Of a stretch of 64,000 nt of DNA, positions 34,859 to 46,025 are shown one piece after another (the stretch's first letter is position 1; each line of letters begins with the position of its first letter). The stretch comes from Takakia lepidozioides (Eukaryota > Plantae > Bryophyta). The notes below the pieces were generated by a model. The model had not been told where the DNA came from. It was given only the letters and a program-made list of their open reading frames with translations, and did not search any database. The stretch covers positions 52,328,001 through 52,392,000 of the forward strand of contig CM060731.1 of assembly GCA_030704615.1 (NCBI GenBank). Reading direction: 5' to 3'. The translations under genes and the position numbers were made by a program.

Positions 34859-35940
34859 ATGCCCCCCATTATGACACAAGGAGTTATAACCTTACTTTAT
34901 AAAAAGGGTGATAGAACAAACATATCCAATTATCGGCCCATAACCCTCCTCAATGTAGCTTACAAGATAGTGGCGAAGGCACTGGCCCTTAGATTGCAGC
35001 CTCTCCTTCCAACGATAATTAGGCCAAATCAAACAGGGTTTATCAAGGGTAGATACATATTGGATAACCTCCTTCTAGCCTAGGAAATTCCAGACTTCGC
35101 TGCTAGAACAAACCAAGCTATTGCCCTCCTCCTTTTAGACTTTGAGAAGGCTTTCGATCGTGTTGAATGGTCATACCTGCTGGCAGCCCTGGCCAAATTG
35201 GGTTCTCTCCAATCCTTTTGCAAATGGGTCAAGATATTACTCACCGATGCATCTAGCAGAGTCTCAATCCATTTGTCAGCTTCGTTCCCTCTGCAGCGCT
35301 CAGTGAGGCAAGGGTGTCCCCTCTCACCTTTCCTGTTTCTGGTGGTAGCAGATACACTAGGCTATATGCTACAACAAAATCAGTTTATAAAGGGCCTCAA
35401 GGTCACTAACTACATTACCAGGCAGTACAATTTCTTGGTAGACTCGATGTTCATTGATGACACATTTTTAATGTTGCAAGCCACCCCGGAAAACTTGGAC
35501 CAGGCAGGGTTTACCTTGAACAAGTTTTGTGCAGCATCTGGATTCAAAGTAAACTGGAATAAGACTCTCAATTACAGGAAGAGCCCTTGTTGCTAATCAA
35601 ATTCATTCAGCTGGATTATGGTATTATGCTTCTTCCTGGCACCCGAACTCTAAACAGATTCAGGAAATCAAGCGCCTGCTTAGGAACTTTGTCTAGGGAG
35701 CCGAGACCTCATCCCAAAACAAACGACCGCTTATAGCCTGGGCTCAAATCTGTTTACCCAAAAAAAAGAGGGGGTTAGGGATACTCGATCCAGAAACACA
35801 GATTGTAGCTCTTCTTGGCAAATGGATACCCAGGTTTCTAGGGCCGGAGGGGGGATGGTGGAAATTCTTGGTCTATGACCACATTACAAAATCCTCCCCT
35901 CTCAAGACTACCCAATGGAGCCCTTCCCTACGTTGGCTCA
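34859..35940 (+). mobile_element. L1/Tx1-type LINE reverse-transcriptase fragment
   Basis: NYRPITLLN, QTGFIKGR, LDFEKAFDRVEW, RQGCPLSP and FIDDT motifs, plus an AWAQICLPK...GGLG-like region. Stops and deletions. Confidence 0.9.
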
Positions 35941-35989
35941 CTTAAGCCGAGCGGGAGTGACTTGAAAATCTTGCTAAGTCCTCGACCCC

Positions 35990-36385
35990 CTCACTGCGAC
36001 TTACGGAGCCCACAACCCAAGCTCTCTATCAATTGTCCCGTTAACAATTCAACGCGTGTCATTGTAATTTCAAAATAGTGCCATATAGGTTACAATTGAA
36101 AAAAATGTCCTTGGGGAGTCCAACCCGCAGTCGTCAACACGACTGCACATTTCATTAATATAAAATATATATTTTTTCCGATTTTTGGAAATCAGCCTAT
36201 AAATCGGCGTGAAACCCAGAGTTCACTTCTGTGACTTGTATACTCCATATTTTATGCCAACGTGGCATAAAAACGACTGCGACAACTGACAAGTCGTCAT
36301 TCACAACCTGGAGTCCCACGAGCAATCATTTTGGACAGAATCGCAACCGCAAGTCGGGTGTGAAAATTAGTTATTCCTTGTAGTG
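35990..36385 (+). mobile_element. CACTA-like right end
   Basis: Ends ttccttgTAGTG and is preceded by repeated cgactgc/agtcg motifs. Confidence 0.5.
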
Positions 36386-36464
36386 TTATAAGTATCCATG
36401 GCGTTGAGCTCCCATCAGCTAGACCTTCGATCACTTGTCAACTCTACCATTGTCATGCCCACTA

Positions 36465-36575
<111 letters not shown>

Positions 36576-36730
36576 TCAATCTCTGACTATGGCTTGGGGG
36601 AGCACGGAGGGAAGGGGCAACCACTCTAGTCCTGCTCCATAATGACTACATTTTTAATTGTGTATGCCTGGGTATGCTTGGAAAGCAGGAACAATTGAAT
36701 TTGTGTATCTTGACCATCAAGTATGCTGCA

Positions 36731-38759
36731 GGTGGGAGGGAGGGTGACGTCGATTCAACAGCTATTCCATGTCACATGAAACGTACTCTTTCCAACAGAC
36801 CTCTGTCTGATGGAGCTACTCAGGGTACAGGAACTGAGGATATTAAGAACTCGAAAACTGATAGCGAGCTATTGTCATAGCCCAATCCATGTGACTTCAA
36901 CAACATAGTCAAGGAGCAGAGAGAGGTGGACACTGGAGTCAGCAACTGTAATGTACTGGACAAAGCTTCTAAGGAGCTGGAAACCAGACTTCACAAGCCA
37001 GGAGGAGATACCTTTGACTCCCTCAATGGTTGTCCTTCAGGAGAACCAGATATGTCCCTGCAGATTTCTGCCAACCCAGTCAGAGTACGCAAGAAACCCT
37101 CAGTTCAGAGTATCAATCAGGTCTCCGTCCCTGCTTCTAATCCAGTCCGGCACAAGAAGTTCGTTGAAAAGTTATTGGCCCGCAACGACCAGAGTGGTGT
37201 GGTGCAGGAGGCCTGGTATGGAAAGCCGTCCTTGGGAAAAGTGACTTACACCCCTCTTGAGCAGCAAGTGGTGGAACTCAAGGCCAGGTACATACCCTCT
37301 TCCTAATAGCCAGAACATTCCTCTGGGACTCTCTAGCCAAGTTCATATTTGAGGAGTGTTTTATTGCCCTTTGAACTTGCAGTTACTTTAAAGAGAGAAT
37401 ATATGTTCCATATCGTTGGCCCACTTTGCAGTTTTGTGAATGACCATGGAATAAATAGACCCATGGACAAATACTGAGACAGACTGTTTCATTGGGTGAT
37501 GTAGGTACCCAAATGTGGTGCTGCTAATTGAAGTGGGCTATAAGTTTTGGTTCTTTGGAGGTGATGCAGAGACAGCCGCACATGTGCTGGGCATCTTTGC
37601 CCACTATGACCACAACTTTCTCACAGCAAGCATTCCCACTTTCAGACTTCATGTGCATGTGCGGCGCCTTGTGGAATTTGGGTATAAAGTTGGGGTTGTC
37701 AGACAAACAGAGACAACAACAATCAAAGCACACGGGGCAAACAAAACTGGGCCTTTCACCCGTAATCTCTCGGCCCTCTACACCCGGGCAACGCTTGAGG
37801 CTGTTGAGATCTAGGAGGAGAGACACAGGGAAGGGTTGGGCGCTTGAGTACCTATCTCATGTGCATTGCAGAACAGCCATTATTGCATGGCTGGAGCCCT
37901 AACAAGGCACGTGTTGGCCTGCCCGGAAGAATGGGTGAGATGGCTGCTGCTGAAGAGGGGGGGCAATTTGGGTTAAAAGGAGACAGAAAAGCAAGCTGTT
38001 TTGATACACGGTTTGGGGTTGTGGCTGTAGAGACTGCAACAGGGGATGTTATGTATGGAGATTTTAAGGACACGGTGATGCGTACTGAGCTGGAGGCACG
38101 GTTGCTGACATGTTCCCCAGCTGAGCTCCTCCTTGCAACACCTCTGGCTTCAGCAACTGAAAAAGTGGGTATACCGCGTTGCTGTTGCAATTATTCCTAC
38201 TCTTTTGTGGTTTTGTGTATAAGGGATTTGGGAGCTTGTGCAGGGCAATAAGAAGAAGTTTGTTGATGTTCTTAAGTGCATTTGTGGGTGTAGCTTTTGA
38301 TGGAATTTGCAGGGCCTGCCTCAGAGGTTCGTGTTGAACGCATGCCCACGTGACTGCTTCAAAGACGGGGGAGCTGTTGCTGAGGTGGTCGCTTTTTATG
38401 GAAGCCAGTCCAATCAAAACTCAAGTGTGGTAGGCACTGCTTCAGAGGGAGACATGTCCCCCAAAGAGGAGAAGGTGGATGAAGGCTTGCAGGTGAGCTG
38501 GGCACAATAAATCCTCTCCATGTCTTCCTCTGATATGTGCCTCCTGCCCTCCCTGCTTGCATTTTGTAACTGGATGGATGTTCTTGGGATGCAGGCAGTG
38601 ATGGCAATGCCAGACATAGTTGTGCAAGCATTGGCACTCGCTTTGCGCTACCTTAAACAGTTTGGACTCGAGAAAGTCCTATGCTTGGGGGCTTCATTTC
38701 GTCCTTTTGCTGGGCAGAATGAGATGAGCCTTTCACCAAACACTCTCCGCCAGCTTGAG
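36731..38759 (+). pseudogene. MSH3: Truncated, frameshifted copy of the 5' part of the mismatch-repair gene MSH3, with introns
   Basis: [36 protein letters not shown]...[41 protein letters not shown] and EMSLSPNTLRQLE|GT. There is a frameshift/stop at about 37812 and no downstream ATPase exons. Confidence 0.88.
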
Positions 38760-38939
38760 GTTTGTTCCAGAGTATTGCTTAATAGGTTGAGGTTTGTCTG
38801 GGCATACAACCAGCGTGGCCAGCCACTTGTCTTATTCTTAAATGTTTTTGATGGCTCCCCCTGCAATAATGGATAGTAATCCAACCCCATAAATGCATGG
38901 CACACAAAGTTGCTTGATATTGAGGTGACCTCTTACAGA

Positions 38940-39840
38940 AATTATTTTGTCAGATAGTTAAACAATCTGTTAAATCCCCAGCAGTGAGGGACAAAAAACT
39001 GGGACATCAGTTGGATGCTACAATGAGGAAAATATAAGTTTGGCTTCTTCCTCACTTTTGTCACCCTCTCCCATGAATATCTCTGGTTGGTGCTCAAACC
39101 CTGCTGAGCTGTAGATGTTGTCCATGCCAATGCATTCTTCTTCACCAAATCCATGTTTTTGCCCTAAATCCTTGATGTCTTGGCTGGATTTTTGCAGAAT
39201 AGGCATCCCATCCCCTATTTTGGCCTTCTTTGCACTTCCCCGTGTCAACATGTTGATGTGGGGTGTTGTTGTAGTCTTATTGGAGTGTGATCACTTATAT
39301 GGTATATCTCGTCCAACTCATCCAGTGCCTTCAGCTCATTATGAGTGAACTGACATGATACTTGTGATGTTGGTTGCATCATGTACTCCGTGCTTGGCAG
39401 TGGGTAAGCTTCTCCTCCTTCCACGTACTCATTGATCACTGCAAAAGGTACTCCATACATCTTCCCTTGAGGTCCTGCCCCTTTTTTTGCTTCTGTGATT
39501 GATTCAGTTTGCCAAGACCCATGTTGGGTTAGCGTGTGACGTGACGACTGTGTCTCATGTTATTACAGATATTGCACACTGTTCTTTGTTTGGGCCTTCT
39601 GATGCCTTGTCTGATGGACTCAGGTTTGTCAAAATCAACTTGTATCCACTCTGCTTCCATGTTGTTGCTGTCAGCAGCTTTTCTGGTGCTACTAGAATCA
39701 AGGACCCTGATGCGGGCAGAAGGGAAGACCCAGGCCCTGTCGGGGTTCAGCTGGCAGAAGAACGTCTTGCTGTAAGCTTCATCTCTCTACACTTAATAAG
39801 CCCCCCAAGTTTACGTGGGCCCTATCCATTAGAGGATGGT
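38940..39840 (-). mobile_element. Possible degraded retroelement gag-region fragment
   Basis: Broken reading frames with a CAICNNMRH (zinc-knuckle-like) segment and MLTRGSAKKAK. Weak support. Confidence 0.25.
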
Positions 39841-40599
39841 CCAGGAATTTAAAAAGGGGCATATATAGTAAGCGACACAAGGATTTGAAGGACCCCATGT
39901 AAGGGGGGTAAAAAAAAAAAGACCGTAGGAAGGCGACATCTATTAAATGGAGGATGGTTGAGGCGCCAAATTGGGGTTGTCAAGTGGTGGTTTCTAGGGG
40001 TGACATGTGTGGGGCAACCTTCTAGAAAGGTCCCCACTGGTTAATGGGGTCGGGCCGCCGCCCTGGGAGGGTATATAAAGGAGAAGAGTGCTCTCCTCCC
40101 CTGCCTCTTATTACTTACTGAGCTTTAATGGGGCTCTGTAGAGGGCAGGGCCTAAAAAAAAGATGCAAACATGAAGCATAGCTATATTAATTAATAGAAC
40201 AGCTGAGTTGAATAAGGCCCCACAGGGAAAGGCTTCATCTTGTGCACTTAATAAAGGTGTTGTATTGATATTTAAAAGATTCTAGCGACGACCGAAGGTC
40301 GGAAGCTAGTTTAGCGTAGAGCAGGAATAGGGTGCCTTTTCATCGCCACGTCATCGTCGCCACGTTTCGTAGCCACGTTTCGTCATCAAATTCCTTAAAT
40401 CTGCCCGGGCTGCCCGCCCGAAATAAGACAATAGAATTGCCGTGACAACTTTTTGGGAACTGCCCGAAATGCCCGGAGCTTGATCTTCTTGATTTGCGTT
40501 TTCTGCCATCGTTCACCTTGCAAGCTGCATCTCAACGAATTGAGGAAATCCATGCTGAGCTGAAGACTTGCTGAAGAGATTGTCTTGGCAGATGAAGGA

Positions 40600-43500
40600 T
40601 CAAGCAAATGATGGGGGAAGGGTGTGGCTTTTTCTTAATGTACGATCTGAAGAAGTTTATCCATCCTGTAAAGGTGGGCTCTTGGCTCCTGTCAGTACCA
40701 CAATTTGGTATTCTTCCTGATGTTTGCAAGGTTCTTGGAAGAGTTCTCATAGATCAATCCGACATTACCTGACTACAGACACAAACAGCACACACAAGAG
40801 GTCATTTTGGGTTGATGGTCGGTCAAATCCTCCATGGGTCATGACACAAGGTCAAGGACAGTCTGGTGAGGGCACCTTTTTCTTCGACCTATTTCAGCCT
40901 GTTTTGCCCTCTCATCAGACTCGGCCCTGAGATGCATTTGTTAGTACCATGATTTGGTGTTCTTCCTGATGTTTACTGCAAGGTTCTTGGGAAAGTCAGC
41001 TTGGGTGTTTCAATCTCTGCCTGCTCAGATGCACCGTGGTGGTTCTCACAGACCAATCCGAGCTGAATACACACACAAGAGGTCCTTTTGGGTTGATGGT
41101 CGGTCCTTCAGCCTGTTTTGCCCTCTCATCAGACTCGGTCTTGAGATGCATATTGAATTCTGTAAGTTAGCTCGTTGGGTGGATCTGTGGTGGTTTGGAG
41201 TGACTTTGACAAGTTACTGCCAATGTGGCAGCAGAAAAGTACCCAAAAACAGATAACAGAGATGAGGAGAAGCTTTGGAATGAACACTTTTCCGACCCCA
41301 GTCAATGGTGGGATTGTGGAGACAAAAAGGTGAATGCTTGTTGGACTACAGAGAGAAGCAGATGCAATTTAGGATTGATAGAACAAGGCACTGCTAATGA
41401 AGGCACAGCAGGGGCGTGGGATGGAGGACTTGGAGACCAATGAGCAAATGATGGGGGAAGGGGTGCATTGAGGATGCAAAGGGAGTATTTGCGTGGGTAG
41501 ATGGTCAACTAGAAACAGCAGCGACAGCAGCACAATTGATAGAACAAGGACTGCTAATGAAGGCACCTTCTTCAACACATTTCACCCTGTTTTTCTCTCT
41601 TGTCAGAATTGGCCCTGAATTTCCATGTTGAATTCTACAAGTTAGCTGGTTGAGTGAATCTAGTTTGAAGTGATTTTGACATGATACTGCCAATGTGATA
41701 ACAGTAAAGTATCCAAAAACAGGTAATAGTGTGGATATGAACTAGTGTGATTGGGTGTTTCCTAAGCTGTCATTGTCAGCTGCTAGCAGCAAGGACAAAG
41801 ATGAATGCATGATTTGTGCATAGGCATGGATAGCTGAAGGAGAAGGGATAGAGTGTGGGTCCAGATTCATCCAAGAGGGCCAGATTTCAAGCACAAGATT
41901 ACGTATGATTCCCTGTGGATCAATAGCTACAAGAAACGTGCATGCGTAGATGGTCAACTAAAGGCAGCAGCTGCAGCGACACAGTTGATAAAATCAGGCA
42001 CCTCAACCATGACCACAACTTCTGAAAGGGGATCAAGAGAGGGAGTCCACAATGCCTCTTCTGGCACTTTTGGGCATGTGAAGATGCTTTGTGTGGCAGA
42101 CTGCCTTACAGAGGCTCTACAGACTTTAAACCCAAGGCGACATTTTAGCAGATTCAGATGCGTATGTCTATCTCTTGCTTAAGTGCATCAAGATGGAAGT
42201 CTGGAAGCTGGAAAGCAGGTGCACACTCACATTATCCAAAGTGGATTCACAACAAATGTTTTTCTACTCAACACCCTTGTCAACATGTATGTTAAGTGGG
42301 GGAGCATCATGGATGCTCACCAAGTGTTCAACAGAATGCCTCAACGATCTTTGATCACATGATAATGTTGGCAGGATTTACCAAGGATAGGTGTGGTAAG
42401 AATGCTTTGGAGACCTATGAGCAAATGCTGCGCGAAGGGGTGAAGCCCAACCACATCACATTTGTTTGTGTTTGCAATGCGTACGCAAGCCTGGGAGCTC
42501 TGGAAAATGGGAAAGAAGTCCATGGCGACATTGTCAAAGCTGGAATTGTACCAGATGTCATTAAAAACACTGCCCTGGTGGACATGTATGCCAAATGTGG
42601 GTGCATTAAGGATGCGAAGGGAGTTTTCAACACTATGGCTGAATGAGTTGTGGTGTCATGGAAGACGATGCATGCAGGGTCTGCATAGCAAGGACGTGGT
42701 ATGAAGGCTTGGAGACCTATGATCAAATGATGGGGGGAGGGGTGAAGCCCGACCACATCACATTTGTGTGCATTTGCGATGCGTGTGCAAGCCTGGCAGC
42801 TCTGGGAAAGGGCGAAGAGGTCCATGACGACATTGTCAGAGCTACAATTGTACCAAGTGTCATTCTGAACAATACCCTCGTGGACATGTATGAACGGAGT
42901 TTTTGACAGTATGGCTGCATGAGATGTGGTGTCGTGGAGTGCGATGATTGCAGGATATGCACATCAAGGGCGCGGGATGGAGGCTTCAGAGACCTATGAG
43001 CAAATGATGGGGGAAGGAGTGAAGCCCGACGACATAACGTTTGTTTGCATTTGCAATGCGTGTGCAAGCCTGGCAGCTCTGGAAAGGTGCAAAGTGGTCC
43101 ATGGGTGACATTGTCACATCTGGAATTGTATCCGATGTCGTTCTGAACACTGCCCTGCTGGACATGTATGTCAAATGTGAGTGCATCGAAGATGCAAAGG
43201 GAGTTTTTGACAGTATGGCTGAACGAGATGTGGTGTCATGGAACACGATGCTTGCAGGGTATCCACAATAGGGACGTGGTATGGAGGCTTTGGTGTGCAA
43301 GCCTGGCAGCTCTGGAAAAGGGCAAAGAGGTCCATGGCCTGCTTGGCCCACCAAGTTCTGGGAAGACGAGTCTGCTATTAGCACTTGCTGGAAAGCTTGA
43401 CAAAGACCTGAAAGTGAGAACCTCAACACTCCTCTTCGTTGTATGCATGCGTCTACTAAAACATGTCTTCTACTAGTCTGGGGACAGTACTTTAAAATGT

Positions 43501-44315
43501 GTTTGTCCATGTAGCTGAAGGCAGATGTCTTTTCAAGTTGGTGCTGACCCTGTTTGACTTTGGCCGACAATGGTGCAGGTGAAAGGGAAGGTTACATACA
43601 ATGGGCACACATTGGATGAGTTTGTGCCGTAGAAAACATCAGTGTACATCAGCCAGAATGATCTACATGTAGCTGAAATGACAGTTCGGGAGACCCTTGA
43701 TTTCTCTGCAAGAACCTTCTGGACGTGCGAGACAACTACACGAGGCAGTGGACCTGATATATAAAATGCCAATCAATCCAGATGTTGTGGTGTGGAAGAC
43801 CTTGCTTGGTGCCTGCAGAATCCATGGCAATGTGGAGATGGCTGAATGTGTGGCAACATCTATCCTCAAGTGGGATGAACAGGATGCCGTGACGTATGTG
43901 TTGCTATATCAAACATCTATGCTGCAGCTGGTTACTGCAAATGTGAGAAGAATGATGAAGGTCAGAGGGGTTAGAAAGGAGCCAGATGACAAGTTGCATC
44001 CCAGAATTAAGGAAATCCATGTTGAGCTGAGAAGATTGTCTGGGCAGATGAAGGAGGCGAGGTATGTGCCTGACACACGTTTTTTATTGCATGATGTGGA
44101 GGAAAGGAATTTTCTCTTTGCCACCACAGTGAGAAGCTGGCCATTGGTTTTGGGCTGATCAACACGACTCATCAAGAATCTTCGGGTGTGTGGAGACTGC
44201 CACACCTCCACCAAATTCATCTCAAAGATTGTTGGCCGAGCAATTGTTGTATAGGACGCTAACTACTTTCCACCACTTTGAAGATGGGATTTGTTCTTGT
44301 GGTGATTACTGGTGA
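40600..44315 (+). pseudogene. PDF-motif + PLS-PPR-E-DYW pseudogene (locus B)
   Basis: PDF exons read PDYRHK...WVDGRSNPPWV near 40770-40850, EEKLWNEHFSDPSQWWDCGDKK|GT at 41330, and AG|IHPRGPDFKHKITYDSLWINS from 41865. PPR repeats span 42075-43335, followed by the E domain and a DYW domain with [16 protein letters not shown] and CSCGDYW* (44315). Many frameshifts. Confidence 0.9.
43339..43713 (+). pseudogene. PDR/ABCG transporter NBD1 gene fragment embedded in PPR locus B
   Basis: [25 protein letters not shown] (Walker A), then a GT-AG intron at 43414-43578, then [44 protein letters not shown]. Confidence 0.9.
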
Positions 44316-44875
44316 AAGGATGTTTTCTTGGAAAGATGCTAATGTCTTGCTTCATTCATTGATCTGTGTAGCTACTCAGACCATCCACCATTTCCTGATA
44401 GTGGGGTCTACCCAGCATAGGTGGGAAGTCAGCCCACAATTGCACTTGACTGAAGGGGTGATTTTTGACTGATTCTGGTGACAGTGGATGGAAATCAGAG
44501 TGCTGTCCTAATTCTGGGTTTGGGTGGTGGAGCTTCTCCAAAGCTTGAAGATGGAAGTGAATACGAATTTTAATGAGCTTGATGAGAGGGGCAGCCCTGT
44601 GCCCAAGTTTGTTCAGCATCTTAAATTTGGACATGTTTGTTTGTTTCTCGTGGTGTGGCTTTGGATGGAGCCCTTGACGAACCTGCATGAATATTGTCAA
44701 AAGCTAGCCTTAACCCACCAAGATCTAATGCCATGGTGGATGCTTGAAAGTTCATATAGTGAATGTAAGGGTATTTGGGTATGTTGTTATTGATTAATGC
44801 GGCTTGTGAAAATTGAACATTGAAATGCAGATCTGCCATTTTTCTTCCAAAAAAAAACAAAACACGGGATCTTTG

Positions 44876-44972
44876 GGAGAGTGAGAGAGGGAGAAGACTC
44901 CGGCCGAAGCCGGCATAACTAAGAGCCACTTCACCTTTCGGCTACTGCCCTCTTTCGGGGGTGGGCCCTATA
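44876..44972 (-). mobile_element. Short retroposed structured-RNA module, copy B
   Basis: The minus strand reads tatagggcccacccccgaaagagggcagtagccgaaaggtgaagtggctcttagttatgccggcttcggccggagtc plus a CT-rich tail. It is flanked by a 9/10-matching TSD, gggatct(t/c)tg. Confidence 0.75.
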
Positions 44973-45120
44973 GGGATCTCTGCATTCAACACCGTGGGGA
45001 TGACCCACCCCTTTTTTTGTGAAAAATTGAACATAGTTCTCAGAATTCGTCGCTAGTAGTGCGGAGCAACGCGAAGCCCTAGTGTGTTTGATCTTGCCAT
45101 CTATTGACGTTTGAAATGTG

Positions 45121-45335
45121 GCACATCAGCTGGTAGCTCAGCTGGTAAGTGCACATTGTGTGGCCTTGGTGGTTTGGGGTTCAAACCCGTTGCCCTGCCC
45201 ATGTGTGGGATTGTTCGTGCTTGGCGTTGATCGTGCTGTAGGTCTCCATGGCCCATAAATGGGGTTTAATTTCCCCCCCTCCTCAAGGGCCTGAATTGTG
45301 GCCTCCCAGGTTTCCTTCTATATATATATATATAT
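45121..45335 (+). mobile_element. Intact tRNA-derived SINE (family 1)
   Basis: A-box TAGCTCAGCTGG, B-box GGTTCAAACCC, a (TA)n tail and a candidate TSD AATGTG. Confidence 0.8.
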
Positions 45336-45888
45336 AATGTGATGAAGTGTATGTGGAAATTTACTGGGATCCATAAAAGCAAGCTGCATAAAAGTGAGTC
45401 TGTCGATCAGCAGCAGTGGTCTTTGGTAGAGGCAATGTGAGTCATTCCAATACAGCTACTTGCAGCCATCAGCCATACACAGAAACAAAGTGATGAAGCA
45501 TTTGGAATCACCAGGGTGATTGGTTAGGTGGGATCAATGTTTCAAGTGTACAATAATGCAACCCTCGAATGAATTTGTTGGCAACTATGTTAGCCAACCA
45601 CGAGCATACTTGAGCGCTCGCCAGGCAGGTGAATAAATTTCCGTGTGTTTGGGCAGCATCCAGAGGCTTCTCCCAGCTTCTCCCTCTCTCTGTCACTCTC
45701 TCTCCCAACCTGAAGACAATGTTAATCTCAAGGCTGAGCCAAAAGCCCAGCCCTTTTGGGGCCTAGTTCTTGGGCAAATCACACAAAGCAGATTGATGCT
45801 TGTGTAAGGGGATTTCTAGAGGATCATACTACCGGCGTCAGCCCCTGACAAAGGTAGTTTCAGTCCCTTTGTGTTGCGGTCAAACTGG

Positions 45889-46025
45889 GCGCGGGGTCAA
45901 TGGCCACAAGGCTACGGCAAACGTCGTCTTATGAGTACATTCTCTCTCTCTCTCTCCAACCTGAGCGCAGGGTCAATGGCCACAAGGCTACGGCAAACAT
46001 CGACTTATGAGTACATACTCTCTCC
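45889..46025. repeat. Tandem duplication of about 76 bp containing a (CT)n tract
   Basis: gggtcaatggccacaaggctacggcaaac...cttatgagtacat occurs twice. Confidence 0.8.
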
